Position numbers and translations under genes: made by a program
Notes under the pieces: generated by a model
Seen by the model: the letters and a program-made list of their open reading frames with translations, nothing else
Told to the model about the DNA's origin: nothing
The model's database searches: none
Part shown: piece after piece, positions 1-8,677 of the stretch
Numbering within the stretch: the first letter of the stretch is position 1
Layout: each line of letters opens with the position of its first letter
Source of the DNA: Verrucomicrobiales bacterium
GTDB lineage: Bacteria > Verrucomicrobiota > Verrucomicrobiia > Verrucomicrobiales > SLCJ01
Assembly (NCBI GenBank): GCA_046075565.1
Contig: JBJTQJ010000051.1
Location: 1-15,755 of the forward strand
DNA length: 15,755 bases
Direction: 5' to 3'

Positions 1-1164
1 AGCATGGTGCCGGTCCAGAAATTCGACGACCACCCGCTCTCGAAACGCTATGCCGACCATGTGAGAAAAAGAATGGCGGAATTCAATCCAGAAGCCGAGG
101 CGGACCTAATCTGGAATAATCAGAAGGCACGGGCCAAGTCGAAGGGACAACCGGAACCGCCCAGACCCGATCCGAAAACTCTCCCCTCATGGAACATTCC
201 CGGCAAGAGCCCCAGTGACATGGGCAGCGTGCACAACGGCTACTTCGGTGTATTCAAGGGCTACCAAATCAAGGGCGTAGTCTTTCATCAGGGATTCAAC
301 AATACGATCAGCGAAAACTGCCGGCCCAAGCGTTATCGCCTATTGACCAAGCTCATGGTCGAAGGCTGGCGCGAGGATTTTGGCGATCCGAGTCTTCCCG
401 TTTGCATCATCGGCGGCTGCGGTGGCAATGCCCCGCAAAACATGTCCAATTTTGAGCAGTATTCGATCGAAACCAGCCCTTATATCCGCGAAGCGCAGCG
501 GCTCGGCCTAGAAGATGTAGGCGATCCGCAAAACACCGAGTTCATTCCAGACCACGACGTTGTCGTTCCCGGCCTCCACCCATCCAATAAGCGCGAGCAC
601 GGCCGCCGGGCCGCCCAATGGGCCATCAGTCATATTTACAAGGTGCAGAATACCTCAAGGATTACCCCAACCGTTCCCCAAGTGGAAGCCAAGGACGACA
701 TGATGATCGTCCGCTTTGCCGACAAGCAAAATGTACAGCCGGTCAATGGTAGCGAGATCCTCGAAGGCTTTTCGCTTGCCGGTGAAGATGGCAAATTTTA
801 CATGGCCTACGCCCGCCATCTGCCGGTTGAACAAAACGGAGAGTGGAAAAAAGAGTTGAAAGCCATCCATGTGTGGAGCCCGATGGTTGAGAAGCCCGTC
901 GCACTCCGCTACGCGTGGGCCACCAACGCCATGGGCAATCTGAAATTGAATGGTGACCAGGACATTCCATTCCCGAGCTTCCGCACCGACAATTGGGACC
1001 TCCCGGAAAGCGAGGATCCCGCGGAAAGCATGATGGGTCGCTCGTGGAACAACCAACAGAAAGCCGATGGCCAAGCACGCCTCGAAGCACGCCGCCTCAA
1101 GGAGGCCGAAATGGGCCGCGCGTTGGTGGAACGCCTGGAACAAATGACAAACCTCAAGAAATGA
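1..1164 (+). CDS. Sialate O-acetylesterase (SASA/SGNH-type) family protein, 5'-truncated by window edge
   Basis: ORF is open from the window edge. Motifs resemble sialate O-acetylesterases: IKGVVFHQG (cf. GxIWYQG), LMVEGWREDFGDPSLP, IREAQ, LHPSNKREHGRR (cf. DxHPxNK..GxR), GFSLAGEDGKF, PVALRYAW, FPSFRTDNW. Confidence 0.8.
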   Translation, partial: SMVPVQKFDDHPLSKRYADHVRKRMAEFNPEAEADLIWNNQKARAKSKGQPEPPRPDPKTLPSWNIPGKSPSDMGSVHNGYFGVFKGYQIKGVVFHQGFNNTISENCRPKRYRLLTKLMVEGWREDFGDPSLPVCIIGGCGGNAPQNMSNFEQYSIETSPYIREAQRLGLEDVGDPQNTEFIPDHDVVVPGLHPSNKREHGRRAAQWAISHIYKVQNTSRITPTVPQVEAKDDMMIVRFADKQNVQPVNGSEILEGFSLAGEDGKFYMAYARHLPVEQNGEWKKELKAIHVWSPMVEKPVALRYAWATNAMGNLKLNGDQDIPFPSFRTDNWDLPESEDPAESMMGRSWNNQQKADGQARLEARRLKEAEMGRALVERLEQMTNLKK

Positions 1165-1171
1165 CCCTATC

Positions 1172-1191
1172 GCAGCGCGGACTTTCGTCCG
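1172..1191. repeat. Short REP-like hairpin between convergent genes
   Basis: GCAGCG then CGGAC-TTTC-GTCCG (5-bp stem, 1178-1191), just after the 1164 stop. Resembles a degenerate GTAG-type REP. Confidence 0.3.
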
Positions 1192-1243
1192 ATGCCTCTA
1201 AGGATTGGGGATTTCCTGAAGAGCGTTGCTCCTGATCTGCCTC

Positions 1244-2395
1244 TTACTGCCGGTTCAACGCTTCCAGAATCGCGCGACGCAGGGCCACCACTTCGATCTC
1301 GCCGGTATGGCTCCAGAGCACCTTGCCGGAGGAATCGACGATCACCGAATGGGGTAGAGCGCCCGACCACTTGGGGTCGATGGCTTCCGCCAGCGCGTCC
1401 GGATTTTCGCCGCTGAAGCGGAAATTCATGGCCGTGCGGTTTTCCTTCTTCATGAAAGGAAGGTGGCGGGGCGAGATGGCTGCGTGTTGCTCGGCGAGGA
1501 ACTTTTTCGCGCGCTCGGCACGGTCGGATTCGTCCATGCTGATGGTCACCATATCAAACGACCGGTTCTGGAAACGGCGGTAGGTATCGACAAGGTCGGG
1601 GAATTCAGCCACGCATGGGGCACAGGAAGTGGACCAGAAATTGATCAAGCGAACTCGTCCCTCCAGAGGCTTGGCCAATTTGGCGGCGCCCTCGGCATCC
1701 ACATCTTCCATGGTCACCGGCAGGGCTTCCCATTTTTTCTGATCCTCGGCCACACTCTCCGCCTTCCAAATCCACTTCGTCGAACATCCGATCGGCCTGG
1801 TTACCGGTTCAGCGACTTCCTTGCCCGACAGCACTGCCTCGAGGGCATTGCGGATTTGCGAGACCTCCGCTGGCGCCTTGTTCCGCCCGCCATCATCGAG
1901 TCGTCCGTTGTAGCGGAGCTTACGTTCGGCATCGAACAAAAATGCGTGGGGAGTGGCTTGGGCGCCGCAGGCCATGGCCAACTCTTGTTTTTCCCCGTCA
2001 TAGAGGTAAGGGAGCTTCCATCCCGCTTGTTCGTAGTATGGTTTCATCTCCTCGAACGAGTCTCCATAGGGAGAATATCCGAGTTCGTCGGGACGCAACC
2101 CAACCGGGTTGTTCGGATTGATGGCGACAATCGCCACCCCCTTTGGTGCGTAGTCCTCGTGCAATTTTCTTATCCTTTCCATCCCTTGCACGGCGGAGGG
2201 ACAGTGGTTGCAGGTGAAAATCAAACAGAGGGCCTTGGCGCTTGCGAAATCCGCGAGCGCCATTTCCTTGCCGTTGACATCGGGCAAGCGGAATTCTGGA
2301 GCTGGCGAACCGAGCGCCAGGACCTTGGGAGGTTCGTTGGCGGTAGCGGACAGAGCGAAGAGTCCGAATGCAAGAAGTGGGAGGTATTTCATCAT
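1244..2395 (-). CDS. Exported tandem redoxin/thioredoxin-fold protein (AhpC/TSA-like plus TlpA-like domains)
   Basis: Signal peptide MKYLPLLAFGLFALSATA. Domain 1: GSPAPEFRLP, FTCNHCP, YLYDG, ATPHAFLFD, YNGRLDD, IGCSTKW. Domain 2: LINFWSTSCAPCVAEFP, ALPHSVIVD. Confidence 0.85.
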   Translation of the reverse strand: MMKYLPLLAFGLFALSATANEPPKVLALGSPAPEFRLPDVNGKEMALADFASAKALCLIFTCNHCPSAVQGMERIRKLHEDYAPKGVAIVAINPNNPVGLRPDELGYSPYGDSFEEMKPYYEQAGWKLPYLYDGEKQELAMACGAQATPHAFLFDAERKLRYNGRLDDGGRNKAPAEVSQIRNALEAVLSGKEVAEPVTRPIGCSTKWIWKAESVAEDQKKWEALPVTMEDVDAEGAAKLAKPLEGRVRLINFWSTSCAPCVAEFPDLVDTYRRFQNRSFDMVTISMDESDRAERAKKFLAEQHAAISPRHLPFMKKENRTAMNFRFSGENPDALAEAIDPKWSGALPHSVIVDSSGKVLWSHTGEIEVVALRRAILEALNRQ

Positions 2396-2531
2396 CGCTC
2401 CATACGACCATCAATGCCCCCGTCCATCAAGTAAAATGAGTCAATATCGGGAGATCCCGAAAAGTCCTTTTTTTCCGAGCCGCGATGAGCCTGCCGTTAT
2501 GGTGGATCCGGGGAAAACAATCTCCGCGCAG

Positions 2532-3278
2532 CTACTCTTCTATTTGAGGCGTCTCCTCGACTCCGGCTTGGTATTTGGGCAGATTCCGGGGGGAAACGAG
2601 CAGGATGATTTCGCCGCGTGGTGCGGTCTTGTGGAAATGCTGAGCGAGGTCGGCGGCGCGCCCGCGATGGTATTGCTCGAATTTCTTGCTGATTTCGCGG
2701 GCGACACAGATCAATCGGTCCGGATCGATAGCCGCGAGAATGTCGAGGCTGCCATCGAGCCGGTGCGGACTTTCGTGGAAGACGGAGGTGGCATCCTCGC
2801 GTTCGAGGGCTTCCCGCAGCACCCGTTCGCGGCGTCCTTTTTTCACGGGAAGGAATCCCCCGAAGTAGAATGGTTCGGCAGGAAATCCGGAGCCGACGAG
2901 GGCGGTGAGAAATGCGCAGGGACCGGGCAGGACCTCATGGCGGATGCCGGCACGAAGGCAAGCTTGGATGAGGCGGGCCCCGGGATCGGAGATGCCGGGC
3001 ATACCGGCATCACTCACCACGGCCACGTTGGCGCCCTCTGCCGCTTGTTCGACGAGTTCGGCGGAACGTCGTGCCTCGTTATGCTCGTGCAAACTCACCA
3101 AACGGGCCTGGATACCGTGGTGATCTAACAGGATCCGTGTGTGCCTCGTGTCTTCACATGCCACGATGTCGGCGGCGCGCAGGACTTCGAGCGCGCGCAA
3201 GGTGATGTCAGCGAGATTCCCGATAGGTGTGGGAACCAACGTGATGCAACCGGGACCAGATGGAGTGGAATCAGACAA
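2532..3278 (-). CDS. rsmI: 16S rRNA (cytidine1402-2'-O)-methyltransferase
   Basis: LVPTPIGNLADITLRAL, ACEDTRHT, VSDAGMPGISDPG, FHESPHR, AREISKKFE. Start uncertain: in-frame TTG at 3278 chosen; the ORF track extends to TTG 3332. Confidence 0.95.
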   Translation of the reverse strand: MSDSTPSGPGCITLVPTPIGNLADITLRALEVLRAADIVACEDTRHTRILLDHHGIQARLVSLHEHNEARRSAELVEQAAEGANVAVVSDAGMPGISDPGARLIQACLRAGIRHEVLPGPCAFLTALVGSGFPAEPFYFGGFLPVKKGRRERVLREALEREDATSVFHESPHRLDGSLDILAAIDPDRLICVAREISKKFEQYHRGRAADLAQHFHKTAPRGEIILLVSPRNLPKYQAGVEETPQIEE

Positions 3279-3353
3279 GTTGGTTAGGCCGACGGACCCG
3301 AGCCATTCGGTTCTCGACCTGATCCGACTCAAGTTTCCGGTCTTGTGTCTCCC

Positions 3354-3869
3354 TTACCAGCCTTCAGCGAGATTGCTGACAATCCGTTCGGCGGCGCGGT
3401 CGGCGGCTTCTGGGATGGCCTGGCGTTCGGCGTTCTGGTAGTTGGCATCGATGAAGACGGTGGTTTCACCGCGAGCCGAGCCTTGGCGGAGCACTTCCTG
3501 GGTGCGGAGATCGACCAGACGGTAGGTGACCATGAGGTTGAGGCCGAGTTCGCGGGTGCGCAGCGTGTTGAAGCGCGCGGAGCGGAGTTGACGGCGCTGG
3601 ATATCCGTGATGGTGACTTCGAGGCTGGCATCGGCGTTGCCCTGGGTGGCAACTTTATAGGTGCCGTCTTCCTGCATGCGGCTGATGATCGAGTTCGTCA
3701 CATGGACATCAATGCGGGGCTCGAGGGTCAGATTTTTGACATTCGGCACGGCAATGGTCTGCACATTCTGCAACTGGGCGGGCTTGACCGGACCCACGCG
3801 GTAACCGGCGCAGGAGGGGAGGAAAAGCAACGAAGTGAGAGCGAGGGCGGAAAGAAGGAGCGGTCTCAT
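3354..3869 (-). CDS. lptE: LPS assembly lipoprotein LptE family
   Basis: ATG 3869 gives MRPLLLSALALTSLLFLPS-CAGY (lipoprotein signal; CxGY start typical of LptE). Also TIAVPNVKNLTLEPRI, ADASLEVTI and C-terminal helix ERQAIPEAADRAAERIVSNLAEGW; 171 aa. Confidence 0.8.
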   Translation of the reverse strand: MRPLLLSALALTSLLFLPSCAGYRVGPVKPAQLQNVQTIAVPNVKNLTLEPRIDVHVTNSIISRMQEDGTYKVATQGNADASLEVTITDIQRRQLRSARFNTLRTRELGLNLMVTYRLVDLRTQEVLRQGSARGETTVFIDANYQNAERQAIPEAADRAAERIVSNLAEGW

Positions 3870-3939
3870 GGTTATTTGTTCAGGAAAGCCGGAAATAGCG
3901 CCCGCGTCAAGCAATGGATCGCAATTCGGGGCCGGGTTT

Positions 3940-5187
3940 TTACTGGGCGGGAGGTGGAGCCGCAGGCGGGGCCACGTCTTCCGGGGTTTCCGGGCCGGGC
4001 GGGGGTGGTTCGACCGGCGGCAGCGGCCCCTCATCGAGAAGGGGATTGCCACCACCGGGGGGCAGGTCGCCTTCGGGCAAGGTATCGATATCGAGGTAGC
4101 GCAGGGAGGGCAGGCGGGGGCGCAGATCCGGCACGGGCGGTCCGGCATAATCATCCCGGTCTTTGGTGCGGGCGTCTTCCGGGAAGCCGAGAGGATCATC
4201 GGGAATCACGGGCGCGGTGACCCCGCTGGCCCCGAGGGCGTCGAGGCGCTGGCGGGCTTCGGCGGCAAGAGCGGGGTCGTCGTAGCCGAGCACTTCGCGG
4301 TAATAGATGGCGGCAGCCTGCGGTTTGCCGGTGCGTTCGTAGAATTTGGCAATCTCGAAGGTTTCTTTAGCTTCTTTGCCGCTGAGGGCTCCGATCTGGC
4401 GGCGGGCCTCACCGGCCTTCTCGCCTCCCGGGTTCTGCAGCAGATAGTCCTCGTAGCTGCGGCGGGCCGTCGTCACGGTGGTACGGTCTTTGCTCTTCTG
4501 TTCGGCTTTCGCCTGATAGGTCTGGGCAATCTGGAATTGGGCGTCGGCGGCTTCTTTGGTGCCGGGCATCTCATCGACGACCTTTTCGTAGCTGGCGACC
4601 GCTTTCGGGAGGTTCCCAGCCTGCTTGTGCAATTCGGCGACCACGAGCAGGGCTTGACCGGCCATGCTCGAGCGCGGGACATTCGAGGCGACGGTCTCAA
4701 GCAACTCGATGGTTTCGTTGCGGGAAACGCCCACTGGCAAACCGAGCATACGACCGGTGAATTGGCCCTCTTTACAGGCCATGGCGAGGGCAAACTGCCG
4801 ATCCAGCACCTGTTTGTAGCGTTTGTCCCCCTTGAACCGGGTGATGAATGCCTGGTAGTTCTCGAAGGACTTTTCAGCTTTGCCGACACTTTGGTAAAGT
4901 TCTCCCGCGCGAATGGCAGCGTCCGGCGCCAAGGTCGAAATGGGGAAATCCTCGACGATTTCCGCGTAGAGTTTGGCGGCCTGGGAGCTGTCACCTTTGG
5001 CTTCGGCGGCGGCGGCACGAGCGGCGAGGGCGCTGGCCTCTCCCTCGCGACGATTGAGTTCCGCCTGTTCCGGAAGTGCCTTCTCCTCCTTTTTCCCGAA
5101 CAGGCCGAGGAAGCCGTCGGCCCGGCAGGGGGAAACGAGAAGCCCGGTGGCGATAGTGACCAAGCAGACGGAGGTGTGAGGTTTCAT
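3940..5187 (-). CDS. bamD: BamD/YfiO-like tetratricopeptide-repeat outer-membrane assembly protein with Pro-rich C-terminal tail
   Basis: N-terminal signal and several TPR-like helical repeats (YAEIVEDFPIS..A; YEKVVDEMPGTKEAADAQFQIA). BamD-like C-terminal EAKETFEIAKFYERTGKPQAAAIYY. Directly upstream of lptE. Confidence 0.65.
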   Translation of the reverse strand: MKPHTSVCLVTIATGLLVSPCRADGFLGLFGKKEEKALPEQAELNRREGEASALAARAAAAEAKGDSSQAAKLYAEIVEDFPISTLAPDAAIRAGELYQSVGKAEKSFENYQAFITRFKGDKRYKQVLDRQFALAMACKEGQFTGRMLGLPVGVSRNETIELLETVASNVPRSSMAGQALLVVAELHKQAGNLPKAVASYEKVVDEMPGTKEAADAQFQIAQTYQAKAEQKSKDRTTVTTARRSYEDYLLQNPGGEKAGEARRQIGALSGKEAKETFEIAKFYERTGKPQAAAIYYREVLGYDDPALAAEARQRLDALGASGVTAPVIPDDPLGFPEDARTKDRDDYAGPPVPDLRPRLPSLRYLDIDTLPEGDLPPGGGNPLLDEGPLPPVEPPPPGPETPEDVAPPAAPPPAQ

Positions 5188-5196
5188 GGGAACCTG

Positions 5197-5225
5197 ATCC
5201 TAATGGAAGCCCGCCCCAAGGTCAA
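5197..5225 (-). promoter_or_regulatory. Putative sigma70 promoter for bamD-lptE(-rsmI)
   Basis: TTGACC (5225-5220), 17 nt, TAGGAT (5202-5197), 9 nt before ATG 5187. Confidence 0.6.
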
Positions 5226-5263
5226 GACGCCCGGCGGGGAAAAGTTGCGCCGGCTCGCGGGGG

Positions 5264-6030
5264 TCATTCGGGGGTGCCCGGACCGCGCACGAGCTCGGCC
5301 GTTTCGACCTTCAGGAGTCCGAAGGCGGCGGTGTGGATGACGCGGGATTTGACGAAGCCGGTGCCGGGGGCGAACCAGGTCGTGGATTCGACGGAGTGCC
5401 GGGGGCGGTCGGAACCAATGGTCCGGATGCGCCAGGCCTCGAAGGTCCCGGCAGGCACGGTGATCTTTTCTTTTCCCAGCACATCAAAGGTGCGGCTGAC
5501 CGGGTGGCCGTCCACTTGGAAGCGTGCCTGCCAGGTGTCGCCGACTTCGATGGGAAATCGCACCAATGGCAATGGTTCGGGCAAGGTGATCTGGCGCACG
5601 GATGGCTGGGCACCCTCGGTGGCGGGAGGGGCGAGCAGATCGGTGGCCACATCGGCGATTCGTTCGGGGGAGACCTCGCGGTAGTCCAACACGCTCAACC
5701 TCGCCGTTCACACGGGTGGTGAAACGAAGGGCATCGCGTCCGGGAAGCTGAGCCGGGCGGTCGAGCGTGGTCGTGCGGGTGGCGCGGATTCTTCGACCGG
5801 CCAAGGGCCGGGTTTCCTGCGCCGAACTGACCGTCAACTCAACGGCATTTTCGGGCAGATCCGGTGGTCACTTCGTATTCCCAGGTCGTGCCCGGGACTA
5901 AGGGAAATGCGAGGCATTTCGACAGCTTGGGTTCGGCCGAAGGAGTTGCCTGCGCACGCGACGGATTTTCCGGTCGGCAAGCGACCACGCACGCCACCAA
6001 AAGACAAATCATCCAACGGGCGTGTTTCAT
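5264..6030 (-). pseudogene. DUF3108/TapB-like beta-rich lipoprotein split by two +1 frameshifts (pseudogene or sequencing error)
   Basis: Three consecutive ORF pieces in three frames (5839-6030, part of 5484-5837, 5264-5698) join into one 254-aa protein if one base is removed at ~5862 and one at ~5687. Joined protein has lipobox VVA-C, FPLVPGTTWEY, VGDTW, EKITVPAGTFEAWRI and WFAPGTGFVK. Confidence 0.75.
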
Positions 6031-6779
6031 GGCTTTCGGCGCACAAGGTCGCGGGTGAAATCGGAGCCACCGGAAAATGGCGCATCGAAGCGGGGATGGA
6101 ATCCGGCATTCGGAAAATGCCGCGGCCGCCCGGTCCGGGAATGACGTGCGATGATGGTGGCCAAGACGACCAGACTCCCGAGGGCGAGCACGATCGCGAC
6201 ACCGGGGATGACGAAAGAATCCGCCCAGCGGGGCAGCGCCTGTGCAGGAGCGCTTTGCTTCTCATTGGCGGTGGCGAGGGCGAGAAGGTTTCGTTCGCGC
6301 AGTCGGGTCAACCGGCGGTCCAAAATGGCGAACTCGGTGGCCATGGCATCGACCGCGGTTTCGAGGGGACGCTCGGGATGGAGCGCGAGCGCCCGCTGCA
6401 GCGCTCCATTCAATTGGTCTTGTAGATCCCCGGAATCGAACAAATGGGCTTCCACTCCCCCGGCGTGCACAAACGGCTGCGCCCGAACTGCGGGCGCGTG
6501 GATCAAGACCGCGCTCACCGGACCACGTCCCCATGCGGCTTGTAGCGAAGAAGCCAGTGAGTTGATTTGTTCCCGCTCGTCACTGCCATCGGACACCACC
6601 CACAAATCCGCGCCTTGCTTTGCGGCCTCGGCGAGTTTTTTGGCTAGAAGTTGGTGTTGCTTCTTGTCGAGCAGACTCGCGGGATCATGAATGCGGTCAG
6701 CAGGCGGAGGGGGTAAGGCCAACACACCGCCACCGAACAGCAGCGACATGAGCAAAACGCAATGGAGAATGGTCCGCAT
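6027..6779 (-). CDS. TPM (TLP18.3/Psb32/MOLO-1)-like domain membrane protein with signal peptide and C-terminal TM helix
   Basis: Signal MRTILHCVLLMSLLFGGGVLA (alternative ATG 6803). PPPP..RIHDPASLLD..L...L...ADLWVV matches the TPM N-terminal pattern. TM VIPGVAIVLALGSLVVLATIIA; tail FP..RFDAPFSGG. Stop overlaps next start (ATGA). Confidence 0.6.
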   Translation of the reverse strand: MRTILHCVLLMSLLFGGGVLALPPPPADRIHDPASLLDKKQHQLLAKKLAEAAKQGADLWVVSDGSDEREQINSLASSLQAAWGRGPVSAVLIHAPAVRAQPFVHAGGVEAHLFDSGDLQDQLNGALQRALALHPERPLETAVDAMATEFAILDRRLTRLRERNLLALATANEKQSAPAQALPRWADSFVIPGVAIVLALGSLVVLATIIARHSRTGRPRHFPNAGFHPRFDAPFSGGSDFTRDLVRRKP

Positions 6780-6789
6780 GGTTTTCGAT

Positions 6790-7383
6790 TCAATAGTTGC
6801 CATGTGAGCGCGGGTTCCACGCCTCCAGAAGCCGCTTGCGAAGAGCTGTCAGCCAATTGAGCAGGGCTTGTTCCGGAGAGGTTGGCCAAATATCCGCGAA
6901 CGAATCGAGATCATGATCGAGCGACTTCGGGGCGAGCAGTTGCTCCAAACGATATCCGAGCGTAAGCGCGAGGCGGTCGTTCAAGGTATCAACTAACAAC
7001 AACGCACCATGCAACCGCCGGATCGCATCTTCGGAAACTTCCACCGGGCACGCATTCATCATCCAGAAGCCGAATTCCGCGGGCTGGATTTTCGCATCGA
7101 GATTCACCAGGCAGACCCAGACACCAAGCTGGGGAAATTCGCCCTGCAATCCGGCAATGGCCCGTGTGATGGACTCGCGCGTTTTTTCTTCCAGCAAAGA
7201 AGCGGCGTCCAAGACGGGTTCCAACCTCGGGGCGGCAAAGGGGAATTTCGCCACACAGGCCGCACCCGTGTAACCGCAATGCGGACAACTTTTCTCTAGC
7301 ACCGGGCTCTGCCGGCGGCAGGAAGGACAGACCACCGGGCCCGGAAGCGGGGGAATGCCTTGGGTCGCGGGGGAGGCAATCAT
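6790..7383 (-). CDS. Zn-ribbon plus TPM-like domain protein
   Basis: N-terminal CPSC-x10-CPHC. VLDAASLL, FGFWMMN and GALLLVD...LALTLGYRLE resemble the TPM 'GxLLLV...IEVGYGLE' signature. Start overlaps the OmpA-domain gene stop (ATGA). Confidence 0.7.
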   Translation of the reverse strand: MIASPATQGIPPLPGPVVCPSCRRQSPVLEKSCPHCGYTGAACVAKFPFAAPRLEPVLDAASLLEEKTRESITRAIAGLQGEFPQLGVWVCLVNLDAKIQPAEFGFWMMNACPVEVSEDAIRRLHGALLLVDTLNDRLALTLGYRLEQLLAPKSLDHDLDSFADIWPTSPEQALLNWLTALRKRLLEAWNPRSHGNY

Positions 7384-8585
7384 GGCTCAATCAACCGGGC
7401 CGGGCGCGTCGGCAGACTACCCGGCTCCTCAACCGGACGGGCGGGACGAACCTCGGGACCGCCCGAGGGCACGGGGCGCAATCCATCAAGCACGGATGGC
7501 CGGCGGGAAGGCGTTTCCAGGTTGGGCTTGGTCTCTCCGGGGGCTTTTGCTTTGCGCATCATGCGGATCTCGACGCGACGGTTCGGCTGTTGTTCATCGA
7601 TACTACCCTCAGGTGCGACAAGCGGCCGGGATTCTCCGAGACCTTCGACACGGATACGCTCGTCCGGGATACGCAAGCTTGCCTGCAACCACGTGGAAAC
7701 CGCCAGGGCACGCCGGTGGCTCAAATCCAGATTCCGCTCGTCGCTACCGATGGTGTCGGTATGCCCCTCGATGATGAAAAGGGTATCCGGATTCCTATCG
7801 ATGAGAATGCCCAGCATCATCAGGCTTGTCTTCGCGCCCTCGCGCAGGCGATCCTCGTTGAAATCGAATAACAAATCCGAAGGCATGTAGATCGGTTTCG
7901 TCTTATCCGTCAGTTTTCCGCCCGGCACACCCATCAACTCCTCCAGCGTGCTGAACTTGTCGGATAACCCCTCGTTGCCTTTGGCGGCTTTTTCTAACAG
8001 ATCACGTGTGATTCCCGCGGACTTGCCATCGGGTTCCGCCATCATGATGGGATGGCTCTCGGAAACATTGGCCGGGAGATCCGGCGCGCGCAAACTACGA
8101 TCGCTGAGCGACTCCAGCGAATTCTCGAAGTTGGTCATGTCGAGGGATTCGAGGGCCAGACCGGCCGAAGCCTCGATTCCCGGCGAAAGATTCTCCGGTT
8201 GCTTCACCGTCGGCGTGATCTCGATCTCGCGGTCATCGGGAATGCGGTCCTGCATTTCTGTTAGATCCAAAACCTTCTCCTCGACGATGTCGGGAATATT
8301 CGCGACATCGAGTTTGGATGACGTGTCCGTCTCCGGGCGGGGATTCAAAGACTCCCGCGTCACCTCAACCTTGGGGGTGCGGAACGAGATCGTCTCGGGC
8401 AAATCGAGATCGGCGAGCGAGACCCGGATGTCGCTGAAGATGAGGATGAGCGCCAGGTGCAGAACAAGCGAGGTGATGACCGCGAGCAGCACCGTCCAGT
8501 GCAAACGCCGACTTTCCGGTTCACCACGATGGTCGTACCGGCTCTCGAGATGCCATGGAAAATCGCTGGCGGGATCGTCGCGCAT
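7380..8585 (-). CDS. OmpA_C (peptidoglycan-binding) domain protein with single N-terminal TM anchor
   Basis: TM WTVLLAVITSLVLHLALILIF, then a long acidic linker. OmpA_C motifs: LLFDFN, IIEGHTDTIGSDERNLDLSHRRALAV, GLGESRPL, NRRVEI. Pro-rich tail. Confidence 0.9.
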   Translation of the reverse strand: MRDDPASDFPWHLESRYDHRGEPESRRLHWTVLLAVITSLVLHLALILIFSDIRVSLADLDLPETISFRTPKVEVTRESLNPRPETDTSSKLDVANIPDIVEEKVLDLTEMQDRIPDDREIEITPTVKQPENLSPGIEASAGLALESLDMTNFENSLESLSDRSLRAPDLPANVSESHPIMMAEPDGKSAGITRDLLEKAAKGNEGLSDKFSTLEELMGVPGGKLTDKTKPIYMPSDLLFDFNEDRLREGAKTSLMMLGILIDRNPDTLFIIEGHTDTIGSDERNLDLSHRRALAVSTWLQASLRIPDERIRVEGLGESRPLVAPEGSIDEQQPNRRVEIRMMRKAKAPGETKPNLETPSRRPSVLDGLRPVPSGGPEVRPARPVEEPGSLPTRPARLIEP

Positions 8586-8609
8586 GAAAAACTGGGAAAC
8601 CGTCCTCCA

Positions 8610-8638
8610 AAACTACGGGAAATCGGCCTCTCCGCCAA
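8610..8638 (-). promoter_or_regulatory. Putative sigma70 promoter for the OmpA/TPM operon
   Basis: TTGGCG (8638-8633), 17 nt, TAGTTT (8615-8610). Confidence 0.45.
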
Positions 8639-8677
8639 GGCGGAAATCATTTTCCGGGGATATCGGAGGAAATTTTC

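Noticed and set aside
3882..3910. Internal promoter for lptE (TTGACG-17-TTTCCT)
   Set aside because: Good -35 but poor -10; not enough support.
3870..4199. N-terminal extension of the LptE ORF in the ORF track
   Set aside because: It overlaps the bamD-like tail in another frame; the lipoprotein signal starts at ATG 3869.
3835..5340. 501-aa plus-strand ORF (also 1463-2434, 2208-3128, 3345-4220, 7948-9051)
   Set aside because: Antisense to well-supported minus-strand genes, with no family features.
5264..6030. Three separate small genes, or programmed frameshifting
   Set aside because: The pieces join into one coherent lipoprotein, and neither junction has a slippery heptamer or long homopolymer.
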